From assembly GCA_951406725.2 (NCBI GenBank), contig OX597828.1:1302001-1366000 (forward strand): a stretch of 64,000 nt of DNA, written 5' to 3'. Below the pieces are notes generated by a model that saw only the letters and a list, made by a program, of their open reading frames with translations, made no database searches and had not been told where the DNA came from. The DNA comes from Octopus vulgaris (taxonomy: Eukaryota). Position numbers and translations under genes: made by a program. The stretch's first letter is position 1. Each line of letters opens with the position of its first letter. Of this stretch, positions 63,373-64,000 are shown piece after piece.

Positions 63373-63783
63373 TGTGTATGTCGTCTGAAAAGTTCAATGT
63401 TTTCCAAGGTGGTTGCAGGACATCCAGACCTTGGGTCATCTTCAACACTATCCCTTCCTCTCTTAAATTCAGCAACCCATTTTTGCGCTGTTGATGAAGC
63501 TGGAGTGTTATCCTTTAACATAGCAACTATGTCAGCATGAATATACGTTGAGGCTAAAACCTTTTTCTGCAGAGACTTAATAACACCACGGTGGCAAATT
63601 TTGCCCATTTTCAAATCAAATTGCTACTAGTTTTAAAGTCGTCTTTGAACAGTGAGATGTCAGTTACCTGGAAAGAAACAATGCAGTTATTGATAAGAAG
63701 AGTTGAAATTAATGCATGCAAAATTTCACTGCCGTAGCATCACTCCTTCATAGTCAACCTATGAACTTTTCAGCCCACCCTTG
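63373..63783 (-). mobile_element. mariner deletion derivative (N-terminal HTH only)
   Basis: HRGVIKSL...QKWVAEFKRGRDSVEDDPRSG; TIR remnant ctgaaaagttca at both ends, TA at the right end. Confidence 0.8.
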
Positions 63784-64000
63784 TATATTATTTTTGGTAA
63801 ATATTTTAACTTCATTGCTTAGGTGATCATTGTTTGCAGTGTATCACTTTGATGTTCAAAAAACCTAAAAATATTTTCATCCTAATTTTCTATCACTGGT
63901 TATAGATATCCAATTCCTTCCCTTGACAAAAGTGGACTTTGTTTAAAAAATACTTGTTTTTTTTTTCTCCTTGCTAATTTCATAAAAGTAAATATCGTAA

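Overview
AT-rich animal genomic DNA, most likely an octopus or other coleoid cephalopod (inferred from the SINE/RTE repertoire and microsatellites, not proven). There are two convergent protein-coding genes. On the + strand are the 3' eleven exons of a 3R-Myb (B-Myb-like) transcription factor (13275-46349); its DNA-binding repeats were not found and probably lie upstream of the window. On the - strand is a complete 4-exon RPS11 gene (62094-58217, 157 aa). Most of the rest is transposon-derived: many RTE-clade LINE copies (two near full length), BovB-type RTE fragments, tRNA-SINEs, Penelope-like remnants, Helitron/Helentron elements, Tc1/mariner, pogo/Tigger, piggyBac, hAT (Charlie/Buster) and Merlin-like MITEs. 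The most interesting observations are: a canonical PHD finger inserted inside the RTE reverse transcriptase; variable arrays of a small putative pseudoknot module in the 3' UTR of the same LINE; degenerate minimal hammerhead ribozyme motifs in Penelope/retrozyme-like repeats; a 165-bp inverted templated duplication in a Myb intron; and a nested transposon stack whose terminal repeat may supply a Myb branch point. All calls were made by eye without database searches.
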